Shown piece by piece: positions 37,160-45,925 of a stretch of DNA of 64,000 nt. Positions within the stretch are counted from its first letter, which is position 1, and the number at the start of each line of letters is the position of its first letter. Where the stretch lies: contig JAHFSD010000002.1 in the NCBI GenBank assembly GCA_023265925.1, forward strand, positions 2,569 to 66,568. Direction: 5' to 3'. The notes under the pieces are model-generated. The model was given only the letters and a program-made list of their open reading frames with translations. It did no database searches and was not told where the DNA came from. The stretch comes from an archaeon (GTDB taxonomy: Archaea; Nanobdellota; Nanobdellia; Woesearchaeales; GW2011-AR9). A program made the translations under genes and the position numbers.

Positions 37160-40100
37160 TCACCGTTCCCGTTTCTCCCGCACCAGTATCAGATGATACC
37201 CGAATTGCGTCTTCACCGGCTCAGAAATTTCTCCGATATTGAGAGCAAAAGCAGTTTGTTCAAATTCCGGCACCATCGCTCCCTTCCCGAACCAGCCTAA
37301 ATCCCCCCCATTATCTTTCGACCCGGGATCCTGAGAATATTTCTGGGCATACTCGGCAAAATTGGCCGCAGTAACATTTTTTCTGATTTCCTCAATAAGC
37401 GCCAGCGCTTCCTCTTCCGTTTTATTTTCAGTGGAAATCAAAATATGGGCAGCCTGGACTTCCGGCTTGGACTGGAAGAAAACATTGTTCTCCTGCTGGC
37501 AATCGTAATCCACAATCCAGGTAATGATTCGCCCCTGGCCATAACTTTGGGTGTCATAAAACTTCTGGAAACATTTTAATCCGTGTCCCTCAAAGAAAAA
37601 CAGTTTGGTAAACGTGCCAGCCGCCTGCAGCGGATCAGCCAGCAGATAGACGTAGCCTTCTCCCTGAGGGATCAGGACGACGGAAAAGCCCGTTTTCTGC
37701 TGCCCGGCCAATTCTTTTTCGAAAACACTTTCTTTTGTGGCATACACTAGGGAGTTGGGAGTTATCTCTGGATTGCTTTCAAAGCTGGCATTCCAGGTTG
37801 TGGTATCGATGTGCAAGGCAAAATTCTGTCCCTGCACCGAGCCAGGACAGCGCAGTTCCACATCAGAGAGCCTCTCGCAGCTCTGGAAACCGGAAAGGTA
37901 GCCAGGCCAGGGAGCAATCCATCTATCGGCTTCGGTCGACTGCACTTCAGCGTAAATCGTCTCGGCCTCCGGTTCGCTGGTGTTAAACGTTGTTTTCAAA
38001 TAGTTGATGGCATCTGCTCGATTGAGCTTCTTCACTTTTTGATACATGACCGCTTTCCTAAAATCCCAGCTGCCAAAATGGCCCCAGACACCGGCTTTGC
38101 CGACCATGTCTTCCGAAGTGATGAAATAATCCGTGGGCGCAGCGCAATGGGTATAGCGGATAACGGAGGCAATTTGCTCTGAAGTTAATCCCTCTCGGTT
38201 AAGTGTCTTAATCGCGTCGGACTTTTCCTGCACGATAATTTCATTGAGAAGACCGATCTCCCGCAGGGGATCTTTCCCAAACTGGTCCAGTTCTTCAAAG
38301 GCTGAGTTTTGTCCGCAATTCAGCATGCGGATAAGGCCGACGGTCACTTTTTCATCGTCAGTGAGCAGGGACTTGCCTACCCAATGGGCACCATACCCCA
38401 ATTGATTTCCTCCGTCAAACGTTACCGGCCTATCGGCAATAGCCTTGAACCAATGGCCAAAATCCCACCAGGAGGTGATGATGCTATTTTCCGGAGCTTC
38501 CGTTTTGATTTTAATTAAGGTGTTGTACCAGGCATCATTAATGCTGGGAACAGAATTATAAGCCTGGCTGTACCCGGATTTAATCGGGCTAAGGAGGAGG
38601 AAGCCCAATGCTAAAAAAAAGATTGTTTTCATGATAACAGGACTTAATTTTAATTCTTTGGCCGTCCAGCGGGAGGCATAATACCAGCTGATGCCCATAA
38701 ATGCACCAAGGCCCATGGCAAACGCTGGTGTAAGTTGTAAAATGAACCGTATACCTTTGGTGGTGGCAAAGGCCGAGGCGGCAAACCACATCGCCAGGAA
38801 GAAAGCTATTTTAAAGTCCCATTTTCCGTGTTCATCTTTTCTGAACGCCGTCAGCAGGATGCCGGCTATCGCCAGGGCAAAATAGAGCTGGCCGTCAAAT
38901 TGTTCAATGACATTGGAAAATGCGGGGACGTTCAATTCGGCAACCGTGGTGCGGATGTTGGGCCAGTAGGAGCTTACCGCGACAGCTTTCAAACGGAGAA
39001 AACCCAAAGGACCAAACACGACCCGGATAAGTTGGTTAAAAGAGGTAAAGACGCTGACAAATAGGGCCGAGGTAAGAAGATATGTTCCTATAACTGTGAC
39101 GGCATTAGTGAACGGGGATGATTTTATCAGTGCGGGGATCGTTTTTAGGTTTATCAGCAGCAGATAGAGCAGGTACACACCCATTGTTATGAAAATAAAC
39201 GTTGCAATGTACCACCAGCCCGTCCAGGCAAAGGCAAAGACGCCGGTGGCAAAACCGGCGAGACTCATCCAGAAAATTTTCTTTTTCAATGTCCCGGCAT
39301 CCAGTGCTTCCAGAAACAGCCAGGTGATTAACACCGGAAAAAAGACCGCATAGACGTCCGTATCAGAGCTTTCTCCGGTGGTTCGGGCCACAAAAAAGCT
39401 GGAAACGGCGAGGAGCATTGCGGTAAAAAATCCGCCCACATTGTTCTTGGTGATAATCCTTCCAATGAAAAAAGCCGGGATGACCGTCAGGGCCGAGAAG
39501 ACCGTTCCCACCAGAAAAAAGGTGAACATCAGCGGAAATGTGCCAAACAGGTTTAGGAAGCGGTGCCACCAGGCGCCAAACCAATGGTGGAAATTCCATT
39601 CTCCCAAATCTCCTAAAGGAGCCAGGCGATAGCCATCAATGATTTTTCCGTCCCTGATTTCACTGCCCGGATAGCCGTTCTTCAGGACATATTCTGTCTG
39701 CCGGAAATAATAGTAAGGATCAATACCGAGGAGATAGGTCGTCCCCTGATCGTCCCGGAACTGGTTTTTGTACTGCTGGGAAAGTTGTTTAATCTGCGCA
39801 TCGATCTGCTGCTTATTCTGCTGACGGGTCTTTTCCCATTCTGTTGCTGCCAGGACTTGCCGGTTTTGCTCTGGCAGGTTGGGGTATTGCTGGCTGATCT
39901 GCTGCTTAATTTGATCCTGATAAAAATTAAAAACTGCCCGCTCCGCCCAACTATCGGCAATCGGCAGCCGCAGCGGCATCGTGCGGAGGTAGATCGAAAT
40001 AGACATCGCCAGCAGGATGCAGGCCAGCGGGATTATCCAGCGGGAATGGGTATTCCAGAACTGCTTAACCTTGTTCCAGTCCAGGGAAATCTCCTCATCT

Positions 40101-40294
40101 GATTGCTTCGCGTGCTTCTTTTCTTCATGGTGATGATGTATTTCCGGCTGATGCTGGGTATGCTGGGCCTTTGCCGGCTCTCCAGTTGATTCTTTCTTCC
40201 ACCATCCTTTCAGTTTTGCTCCTAGTTTGGAGAAATCAATTACAACGTCATCATCCTTTTTGGGTTCTTTTTTAGTTTCTTCTGTCACCCGCAA
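37160..40294 (-). CDS. aglB: archaeal oligosaccharyltransferase AglB (STT3 family) fused to a C-terminal parvulin (PpiC-type) peptidyl-prolyl isomerase domain
   Basis: Multi-TM N-terminal domain, WWDFG (WWDYG-type) motif. C-terminus YSQDPGSKDNGGDLGWFGKGAMVPEFEQTAFAL...TQFGYHLILV is a classic parvulin signature. His-rich cytoplasmic N-terminus. Confidence 0.8.
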   Translation of the reverse strand: MRVTEETKKEPKKDDDVVIDFSKLGAKLKGWWKKESTGEPAKAQHTQHQPEIHHHHEEKKHAKQSDEEISLDWNKVKQFWNTHSRWIIPLACILLAMSISIYLRTMPLRLPIADSWAERAVFNFYQDQIKQQISQQYPNLPEQNRQVLAATEWEKTRQQNKQQIDAQIKQLSQQYKNQFRDDQGTTYLLGIDPYYYFRQTEYVLKNGYPGSEIRDGKIIDGYRLAPLGDLGEWNFHHWFGAWWHRFLNLFGTFPLMFTFFLVGTVFSALTVIPAFFIGRIITKNNVGGFFTAMLLAVSSFFVARTTGESSDTDVYAVFFPVLITWLFLEALDAGTLKKKIFWMSLAGFATGVFAFAWTGWWYIATFIFITMGVYLLYLLLINLKTIPALIKSSPFTNAVTVIGTYLLTSALFVSVFTSFNQLIRVVFGPLGFLRLKAVAVSSYWPNIRTTVAELNVPAFSNVIEQFDGQLYFALAIAGILLTAFRKDEHGKWDFKIAFFLAMWFAASAFATTKGIRFILQLTPAFAMGLGAFMGISWYYASRWTAKELKLSPVIMKTIFFLALGFLLLSPIKSGYSQAYNSVPSINDAWYNTLIKIKTEAPENSIITSWWDFGHWFKAIADRPVTFDGGNQLGYGAHWVGKSLLTDDEKVTVGLIRMLNCGQNSAFEELDQFGKDPLREIGLLNEIIVQEKSDAIKTLNREGLTSEQIASVIRYTHCAAPTDYFITSEDMVGKAGVWGHFGSWDFRKAVMYQKVKKLNRADAINYLKTTFNTSEPEAETIYAEVQSTEADRWIAPWPGYLSGFQSCERLSDVELRCPGSVQGQNFALHIDTTTWNASFESNPEITPNSLVYATKESVFEKELAGQQKTGFSVVLIPQGEGYVYLLADPLQAAGTFTKLFFFEGHGLKCFQKFYDTQSYGQGRIITWIVDYDCQQENNVFFQSKPEVQAAHILISTENKTEEEALALIEEIRKNVTAANFAEYAQKYSQDPGSKDNGGDLGWFGKGAMVPEFEQTAFALNIGEISEPVKTQFGYHLILVREKRER

Positions 40295-40365
40295 ACACCC
40301 TGCCGCTGCGGGGGTGAGGTTGGTTTATAAGGTTTATTGTCTTCCATTGTGGTGATAGGAAAAGA

Positions 40366-42183
40366 TTAAAGCTGATAGAGAATATCTTCCATCGGCTGCC
40401 GGTACAATGGCTCATTCAGCCGTTTCTGGTCTAAGATATGCCCAATCAGGCCAATGCTTCTGGCCAGGGCAAAGAGGCCGTTCATGTATCCTATTTCCAG
40501 AATCTCCTTGATTTCTTCGTTGGCGAATTTTCCAGAACTGACTAAAGCGTCCACAAACAACACACCAATACACCCATCCACATTAAGGATTAAGTTTTCT
40601 GCCTTCTGCAGTGTGATTTTTTCCACTTCCAACGCGTAGTTGAGATACGTTGTTTTGGGAAAATTCTTTTGGGAAAATTGTTTTAGCAATTCCACCCTCT
40701 TATCCGGATTCCTCTTGGATTTAATCCGATGCCCGATACCAGGGATGAGCAGGCCTTTTTTCTTCATCTCTTCCACAAAATTAGTAGGATCCTGCTTTTT
40801 ATCACCAGCCTCATGGAAGTAACGGGCCGCATCATCAATCGCCCCGCCAAATCGTGGCCCGATCGTCAGCAGGCCGCTGCATAAAGCAGAGATAACATCT
40901 TTTCCTGCTCTCGCGGCAACTATCGCATTATGCGCTCCTGAAACAGCGGGACCATGATCGGCACAGAGGAGAATAGATAGCTCCAGGAATTTGGTGAAGT
41001 AGGTCGGCAGTTTTTTCTTGAACCAGAGCAGGGCAATGACCTCCCCTACCGAATAATTCTGTTCAATGATCTCACTCATCGGAATCGTCCCATACGTGGG
41101 CTCTTCACCAATATCTGAAGAAATGGTAGTGGTAAATTGAGTTTGTTTTCGCACCAGCCCTTGCGCGACCGCCTCGTTATAGTCTAATGGCATTCCCGGA
41201 GGATTGATTTCTTCTTTTGCCGGCAGGTTTAATGATAAAAATGTTTTCTTGATGGTCTTTTCCAACTCTTCAAACGAATCGGGGACAATAATCCCTGCTT
41301 CCCTCAGCGCCTTATTTTTCGCTTCCGCGCTTTCTTCTTCCTTTCCGGCCTTGGCGCCAGCATGGCCAAACTGCACTTCCCAGGGAAAAATCGAGGCAGA
41401 GGTTCCTGAAACCAAGATCACCAACGGCTTGGTTAATTTTCCTTCCCGTTTTGCCTTGATGATCTCATATTCGTCCTTTCCACCCAGTTCGCTCAGGGCA
41501 ACCAGCAGCTTAATATCCGGGTTAGCTTCATAGCGCCGCAGGTGATCTAACAACGTTGAGCCGGGATAGGCATCGCCGCCAATGGCAATTCCTTCATTAA
41601 TGCCATCCGTTGTCCTGGCAATGATATTAAACAGCTCATTCATCATCCCGCCAGACTTGGAGACCAAGCCAACACTGCCCGGGCGGTAGAGTTTTGCCTT
41701 CAGGATATTTTCCATCAAACCGCCGGCATGGCCTATCCGGAATTGGCCGGCGATAATGCCGCCCACGGTAGCGGGGCCAATGATCCATTTATTTTTTTGC
41801 CTGGCGAGGGCAATCAGTTCTTTGGCCTGCCGTTCGGGAAGGCCTTCGGCAACGATGACAACGGTGTTGATAGTTGGCGATTCCAGCGCTTCCTTAGAGG
41901 AAGAATAGGCCGAGCGAAAGGAGGCAAAGTTAATTAACACGTCTGCCACAGGGTGTTTTGTGGTTGCATCCTGTAAAGTTGAGTAAATGGGAAGAATTAT
42001 TTCCTTGCTGCCAAAAAAGGCTTTATGGAATCCTTTCCGTCCGGGATGGATTATTCCGGCCAAGCTGGGCTTTGCCTTCCGGCAGATAAAATCATAATCG
42101 AGCATCTGCTGTAGTGGAAGAGGTTTTAGGTTGTAGAAGAACGCTTCCGTGCTCCGGGTGAAGAGGTGGGGGGGGTTGTTCAT
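40366..42183 (-). CDS. aclA: ATP-citrate lyase large subunit AclA (CoA-binding/SucD-like + citrate-synthase-like domains)
   Basis: SVGLVSKSGGMMNELFNII and C-terminal IPGIGHRIKSKRNPDKRVELL (GHR motif as in ACLY). Confidence 0.75.
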   Translation of the reverse strand: MNNPPHLFTRSTEAFFYNLKPLPLQQMLDYDFICRKAKPSLAGIIHPGRKGFHKAFFGSKEIILPIYSTLQDATTKHPVADVLINFASFRSAYSSSKEALESPTINTVVIVAEGLPERQAKELIALARQKNKWIIGPATVGGIIAGQFRIGHAGGLMENILKAKLYRPGSVGLVSKSGGMMNELFNIIARTTDGINEGIAIGGDAYPGSTLLDHLRRYEANPDIKLLVALSELGGKDEYEIIKAKREGKLTKPLVILVSGTSASIFPWEVQFGHAGAKAGKEEESAEAKNKALREAGIIVPDSFEELEKTIKKTFLSLNLPAKEEINPPGMPLDYNEAVAQGLVRKQTQFTTTISSDIGEEPTYGTIPMSEIIEQNYSVGEVIALLWFKKKLPTYFTKFLELSILLCADHGPAVSGAHNAIVAARAGKDVISALCSGLLTIGPRFGGAIDDAARYFHEAGDKKQDPTNFVEEMKKKGLLIPGIGHRIKSKRNPDKRVELLKQFSQKNFPKTTYLNYALEVEKITLQKAENLILNVDGCIGVLFVDALVSSGKFANEEIKEILEIGYMNGLFALARSIGLIGHILDQKRLNEPLYRQPMEDILYQL

Positions 42184-42190
42184 GGGTTTT

Positions 42191-42901
42191 TTATTTTGGT
42201 CGTCGTAGTGTGATCAGCCACTCTTCTGAATTGGATTCAAGATGTTCTACTATTTTCTGGGCAACAAACTGCGGATCCATAAATTCCTCCATTTTTCGTC
42301 CCGGTTGTCTTCGGAAGAGTTCTGTCTTCATCCCGCCCGGATTGAAGCAGGTAACGTTGATTCCCGTTCCTTGCAGTTCTGTTCTCAACGAGCCGCTAAA
42401 ACCAACTAGCGCTGATTTGGAAGAGCCATAGGCAATATGACTGGTTTTGTAATCCAATGCAGAGGTGGAACCAATGTTGATAATATGGCCAGAGCCTTGC
42501 TTTTTCATAACTGTTACTGCTGCCTGTGCACAGAAAATGGGGCCAAAGACGTTTGTTCTATAGGTATCCAGAAGCTCTTCTTCGGCAATTCCTTCCAGCG
42601 GAGTAAGTTTGTGCAAAACACCAGCGTTGTTAATCAGCAGATCCAGCCGACCAAAGCGTTTTACTCCCTGTTCTATGAGCCGATAGCAATTTTCTTTCTT
42701 CTGTACATCCATTACTACTGCTTCTACCTCCGTGAAGTTTTTCATTTTTTCTGCAAAGGCATTTAATTTTTCTTTATCCCTTCCTCCCAGAACAAGGGCA
42801 TAGCCTTTCTTTGCCAGTAATTCAGATAGCGCTGCACCTAGCCCACTATACACCCCTGTTATAGCCGCAACTTTCTTATCTTTCATCATGGTCATTTCCA
42901 A
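42191..42901 (-). CDS. short-chain dehydrogenase/reductase (classical SDR)
   Basis: AAITGVYSGLGAALSELLAKKG; NNAGV; YGSSK. Confidence 0.75.
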   Translation of the reverse strand: MEMTMMKDKKVAAITGVYSGLGAALSELLAKKGYALVLGGRDKEKLNAFAEKMKNFTEVEAVVMDVQKKENCYRLIEQGVKRFGRLDLLINNAGVLHKLTPLEGIAEEELLDTYRTNVFGPIFCAQAAVTVMKKQGSGHIINIGSTSALDYKTSHIAYGSSKSALVGFSGSLRTELQGTGINVTCFNPGGMKTELFRRQPGRKMEEFMDPQFVAQKIVEHLESNSEEWLITLRRPK

Positions 42902-44143
42902 TCACCTCACTTTCTCCATCGCCTTCGGCACCATCATTGTCATCGGCATTTCCGGCCCAGAGACTTCCATCGGAATCCTGAGTTCTAAGCCCGTTCTTTT
43001 CATCAATTCCAAACCCTTCTCCCAATTCGGCCCGCCTCTCCGTACAAAGATAGACACTTTTCCTGCTCGCAACTTTTCCTGATATTCCCGCAGGGCCCTG
43101 ACGACGCCCGTAAACGTCTTCTCCACATCGGTAAAATTGGCAATCGCTCCTGCTATGAACAATATCTTCCCACCGGGAATGCTGGGGCTCCGCGTCATGG
43201 CGTCCAGCACCGTCTTCGCATACTGATACGATTCCTCCGTTGTCGGATTGCCGCTGTATTCCCCATAGTTAGCGATGCTTCCGGCCTGGCCATGATTGGC
43301 AATGGCATCTAAATATATAATGCTGGCTCCGCCTCCAGAAAGAATGTTCCAGATTCTTCCCTGCGGATTGAGCACCGTTAATTTGAGGGAAGCACCACTC
43401 TCCTCATCGAGTTTAGCAATATAATCTTCTTCCGGAAAAGATTTCCGGCCGAATGGCGGGGGAAAGGGAAGATCACCCCATCGTTTCCCATTCCTGAATT
43501 GGGCACAATCGTCCACTTCCGCGACGGTGTCAAGAAGGATGACCTGGCCCTGCTGATCCAGGGTGAAAGGATTAAATTCCAGATAGGTAAAATCCAAATC
43601 CCGATAGAGCTGAAAAATCGCTTTTACAAAGGGCTGGAGTTGCTCGGGAATTCTATTATCTAAATCTACCTCCTCTTGGAGCGTGGGGACGGCGATCTTC
43701 TGTACCTTATCCCACTGCTCTTCAATGTCCATCCCCCCCTGCAGGGAAAAGTGGATGATGTCGTGGTCTCGCTCGGAAGTTATCGCCAGATAATACTCTT
43801 CCTGATGGGAAATGTATGGCTCAATCAGGAAATGGGTAAGCCTGTCCGTCACCGTACCGATAGTTACTTCCTTATTGTGGTATTCTTTCAGCCACCGTAC
43901 TGCTTCCTCCCATCCTGCCTCCAGCAGCACCAAGCCCAGCTTTTTCCTCTTCCCGAAAAGCTGATCAGGCTTAACCACCAATTTCGTCCTGGAAAGCCAG
44001 GGATAGTGCTGGGGAAGGTTTTCCAAGCTTGTTTCAGGACCGATTAAAACAGCGTTATTGATAAGATTAACCTTTCCATATTGTAGGATATTATCTGCTA
44101 TGATTCGTTTAGCATCAAATTCACGTATCTTACGGCGTCCCAT
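42902..44143 (-). CDS. aclB: ATP-citrate lyase small subunit AclB (ATP-grasp/SucC-like)
   Basis: N-terminal REFDAKRIIADN; 413 aa, matching AclB architecture. Confidence 0.7.
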   Translation of the reverse strand: MGRRKIREFDAKRIIADNILQYGKVNLINNAVLIGPETSLENLPQHYPWLSRTKLVVKPDQLFGKRKKLGLVLLEAGWEEAVRWLKEYHNKEVTIGTVTDRLTHFLIEPYISHQEEYYLAITSERDHDIIHFSLQGGMDIEEQWDKVQKIAVPTLQEEVDLDNRIPEQLQPFVKAIFQLYRDLDFTYLEFNPFTLDQQGQVILLDTVAEVDDCAQFRNGKRWGDLPFPPPFGRKSFPEEDYIAKLDEESGASLKLTVLNPQGRIWNILSGGGASIIYLDAIANHGQAGSIANYGEYSGNPTTEESYQYAKTVLDAMTRSPSIPGGKILFIAGAIANFTDVEKTFTGVVRALREYQEKLRAGKVSIFVRRGGPNWEKGLELMKRTGLELRIPMEVSGPEMPMTMMVPKAMEKVR

Positions 44144-44288
44144 TCAATGCCAATAAGCTCTCCATTTTAAAAAGATTGTGTAATTATACTTGAAAATACA
44201 GTTTATAATATATATTTCCAAGAGGAGTTAGGGGGTGGGAATCTTTAAATAGTAGTACAGTTTACCTTCTGTTATCATCAAAAACGAG

Positions 44289-45227
44289 GTGTTGACCATG
44301 AAAAAAATAGTTCTCTTACCGTTATTGACATTGCTAGCAGTCGCGGTCTTGTTCATTGCGGCCTGTGCGCCGGGGAAGGCAACAGCGGGGCAGGCTACTG
44401 GTGGACGTGGTGGTGGTTCGGATACTGTAGTACTAGCTGATGTAGGAAGTTGTTCCAGCACTATTACCGGAATAGAGGGAGATAAAAAAAATGGGGATAA
44501 GTTCACCTATACTAATGATTGTAAGAGCAATAGTATGGTAAATAAATATTACTGTACCACAGATAAGGCTACCAAAAGAAATGCTGTAAGAAAAAGTACT
44601 TTTTCCTGTACTAATACTCAAGTATGTCAGAATGGAGCTTGTGTGGCAACAGCACCGCCAGCAGCAGTCTGCGGTAACAAGGTCAGAGAAGGCTCCGAAG
44701 TCTGTGATGGTACTGATTTAGGAGGGTTCACTTGTACCGCCGGACTGAAAGATCCCGGAGCAACGGGGACGCTCGGCTGTAAGTCTGACTGTACAGCGTT
44801 TGATACGAGTGGATGTGTGGCATCGGAAACTCCTCTTGAGGTAACGCCGGTTGTTCAGGCTCAGGAATTTTGTGATGGCGTAGATAATAATAATAATGGA
44901 GTAATTGATGACGGTTGTGATGCTGATAATGATGGGTTTTGTAAGGCTGGTTTACTGAAAAAAGACACTTACTACAATTGCGGTGCTTTGGCGAATGATC
45001 CCAGTATGGATTGGAAGAATGACCCCAATAATGAGTGTTGTCCTTGGGGTGAAGGTCCTCAATCACCTCAAACCCCCCCTGATTGTGACGATACAAATGG
45101 AGCGGTAAGACCAAATGCAGGTGAAGTGTGTGCCAATAGTATCGATGACAATTGTAATGGGCAGATCGATGAGGTTGCTTGTCCAGCAATAGTAGATCAA
45201 ACTGGCAATAAAAGCAACACCACTTAA
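44289..45227 (+). CDS. secreted/lipoprotein, Cys-rich with MopE-like putative metal-binding repeats
   Basis: Signal peptide MKKIVLLPLLTLLAVAVLFIAAC. Repeats CDGVDNNNNGVIDDGCDADNDGFC and DDNCNGQIDE (CxDxDNDCDGxIDE pattern). Confidence 0.5.
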   Translation: MLTMKKIVLLPLLTLLAVAVLFIAACAPGKATAGQATGGRGGGSDTVVLADVGSCSSTITGIEGDKKNGDKFTYTNDCKSNSMVNKYYCTTDKATKRNAVRKSTFSCTNTQVCQNGACVATAPPAAVCGNKVREGSEVCDGTDLGGFTCTAGLKDPGATGTLGCKSDCTAFDTSGCVASETPLEVTPVVQAQEFCDGVDNNNNGVIDDGCDADNDGFCKAGLLKKDTYYNCGALANDPSMDWKNDPNNECCPWGEGPQSPQTPPDCDDTNGAVRPNAGEVCANSIDDNCNGQIDEVACPAIVDQTGNKSNTT

Positions 45228-45286
45228 TTTTTCCTTTTTTTTCCTTTCCCTTTTTCATCTTCTTCATTTTCTCTCAGAACAGAATG

Positions 45287-45309
45287 CCCCCTGGCAAACT
45301 CTGTGGAAA
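45287..45309 (+). repeat. 23-bp direct repeat, left copy (ccccctggcaaactctgtggaaa)
   Basis: Identical 23-mer recurs at 45668-45690. Confidence 0.7.
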
Positions 45310-45331
45310 GGAAGCGCTTCTGGTGGTATAG

Positions 45332-45520
45332 AGAACTGCGCAATTTAGATCACATTTGTGCGCAGTTCTAATCTGGTAAACTGCGTGTCGAAGTCTACAC
45401 TTTTGCGTTTCTGAGAGAATCAATCGCCGCAAAAGTGTAGATTACGAGGCTTTTGCCTAATCAGATATAAAACGCAAAAGTCGAGGAAGTGTGACATAAG
45501 CTACGCAGTTTACCATAGCA
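45332..45520 (+). repeat. structured repeat element, copy 2 (same two hairpins as 2847-2940, perfect stems, plus a nested ~100-nt insertion carrying a 13-bp perfect hairpin at 45395-45440)
   Basis: Stems 45332-45341/45360-45369 and 45375-45386/45503-45514. Inserted hairpin ctacacttttgcg/cgcaaaagtgtag. Confidence 0.55.
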
Positions 45521-45667
45521 GAGATTGAAGGGAGTAAGGCTGCCCCCAGGCAGATATTCCTCATTGCTTCCTCTGATCATGTTGTAGTCTAAATGCTTGA
45601 GAATAACGAGAACTTTCTCTTCGACGTGTTCTTCGGTTATGAGGTGTTTCCTGTCCTGATTTTTCCA

Positions 45668-45690
45668 CCCCCTGGCAAACTCTGTGGAAA
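45668..45690 (+). repeat. 23-bp direct repeat, right copy
   Basis: Identical to 45287-45309; 381 bp apart. Confidence 0.7.
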
Positions 45691-45925
45691 AGAGCGTTTT
45701 ACTAACCCAAACAGAAACTATTCCAGTGGTGGAGTGCGCCCCTAAAGGTAGACAAATAGTTAAGATTCAACTTTTGCGGTTTTTAGCATAGCCCACCTGG
45801 TTGGTGCTGGGAAGAACAGATGTGCAGCTGACTTTGAAAAGGCAGTTGGATGGGTTTGTTCGGTAAGCCAAGAAAACGTTTCCTTATTTCCGCCAACAAT
45901 CTTTTTATAGTAACCTCGTTTTAAG

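Noticed and set aside
42191-42901. SDR gene between aclB and aclA as a third ACL subunit
   Set aside because: Classical stand-alone SDR signature; ACL needs only the two subunits. Probably unrelated or accessory.
45287-45690. Possibility of a mini CRISPR array
   Set aside because: Only two 23-bp repeats 381 bp apart, with a structured spacer far longer than CRISPR spacers and no cas genes.
45593-45745. 50-codon ORF inside the repeat block (MLENNENFLFDVFFGYEVFPVLIFPPPGKLCGKERFTNPNRNYSSGGVRP)
   Set aside because: Spans one of the 23-bp direct repeats; no start-site support; likely fortuitous.
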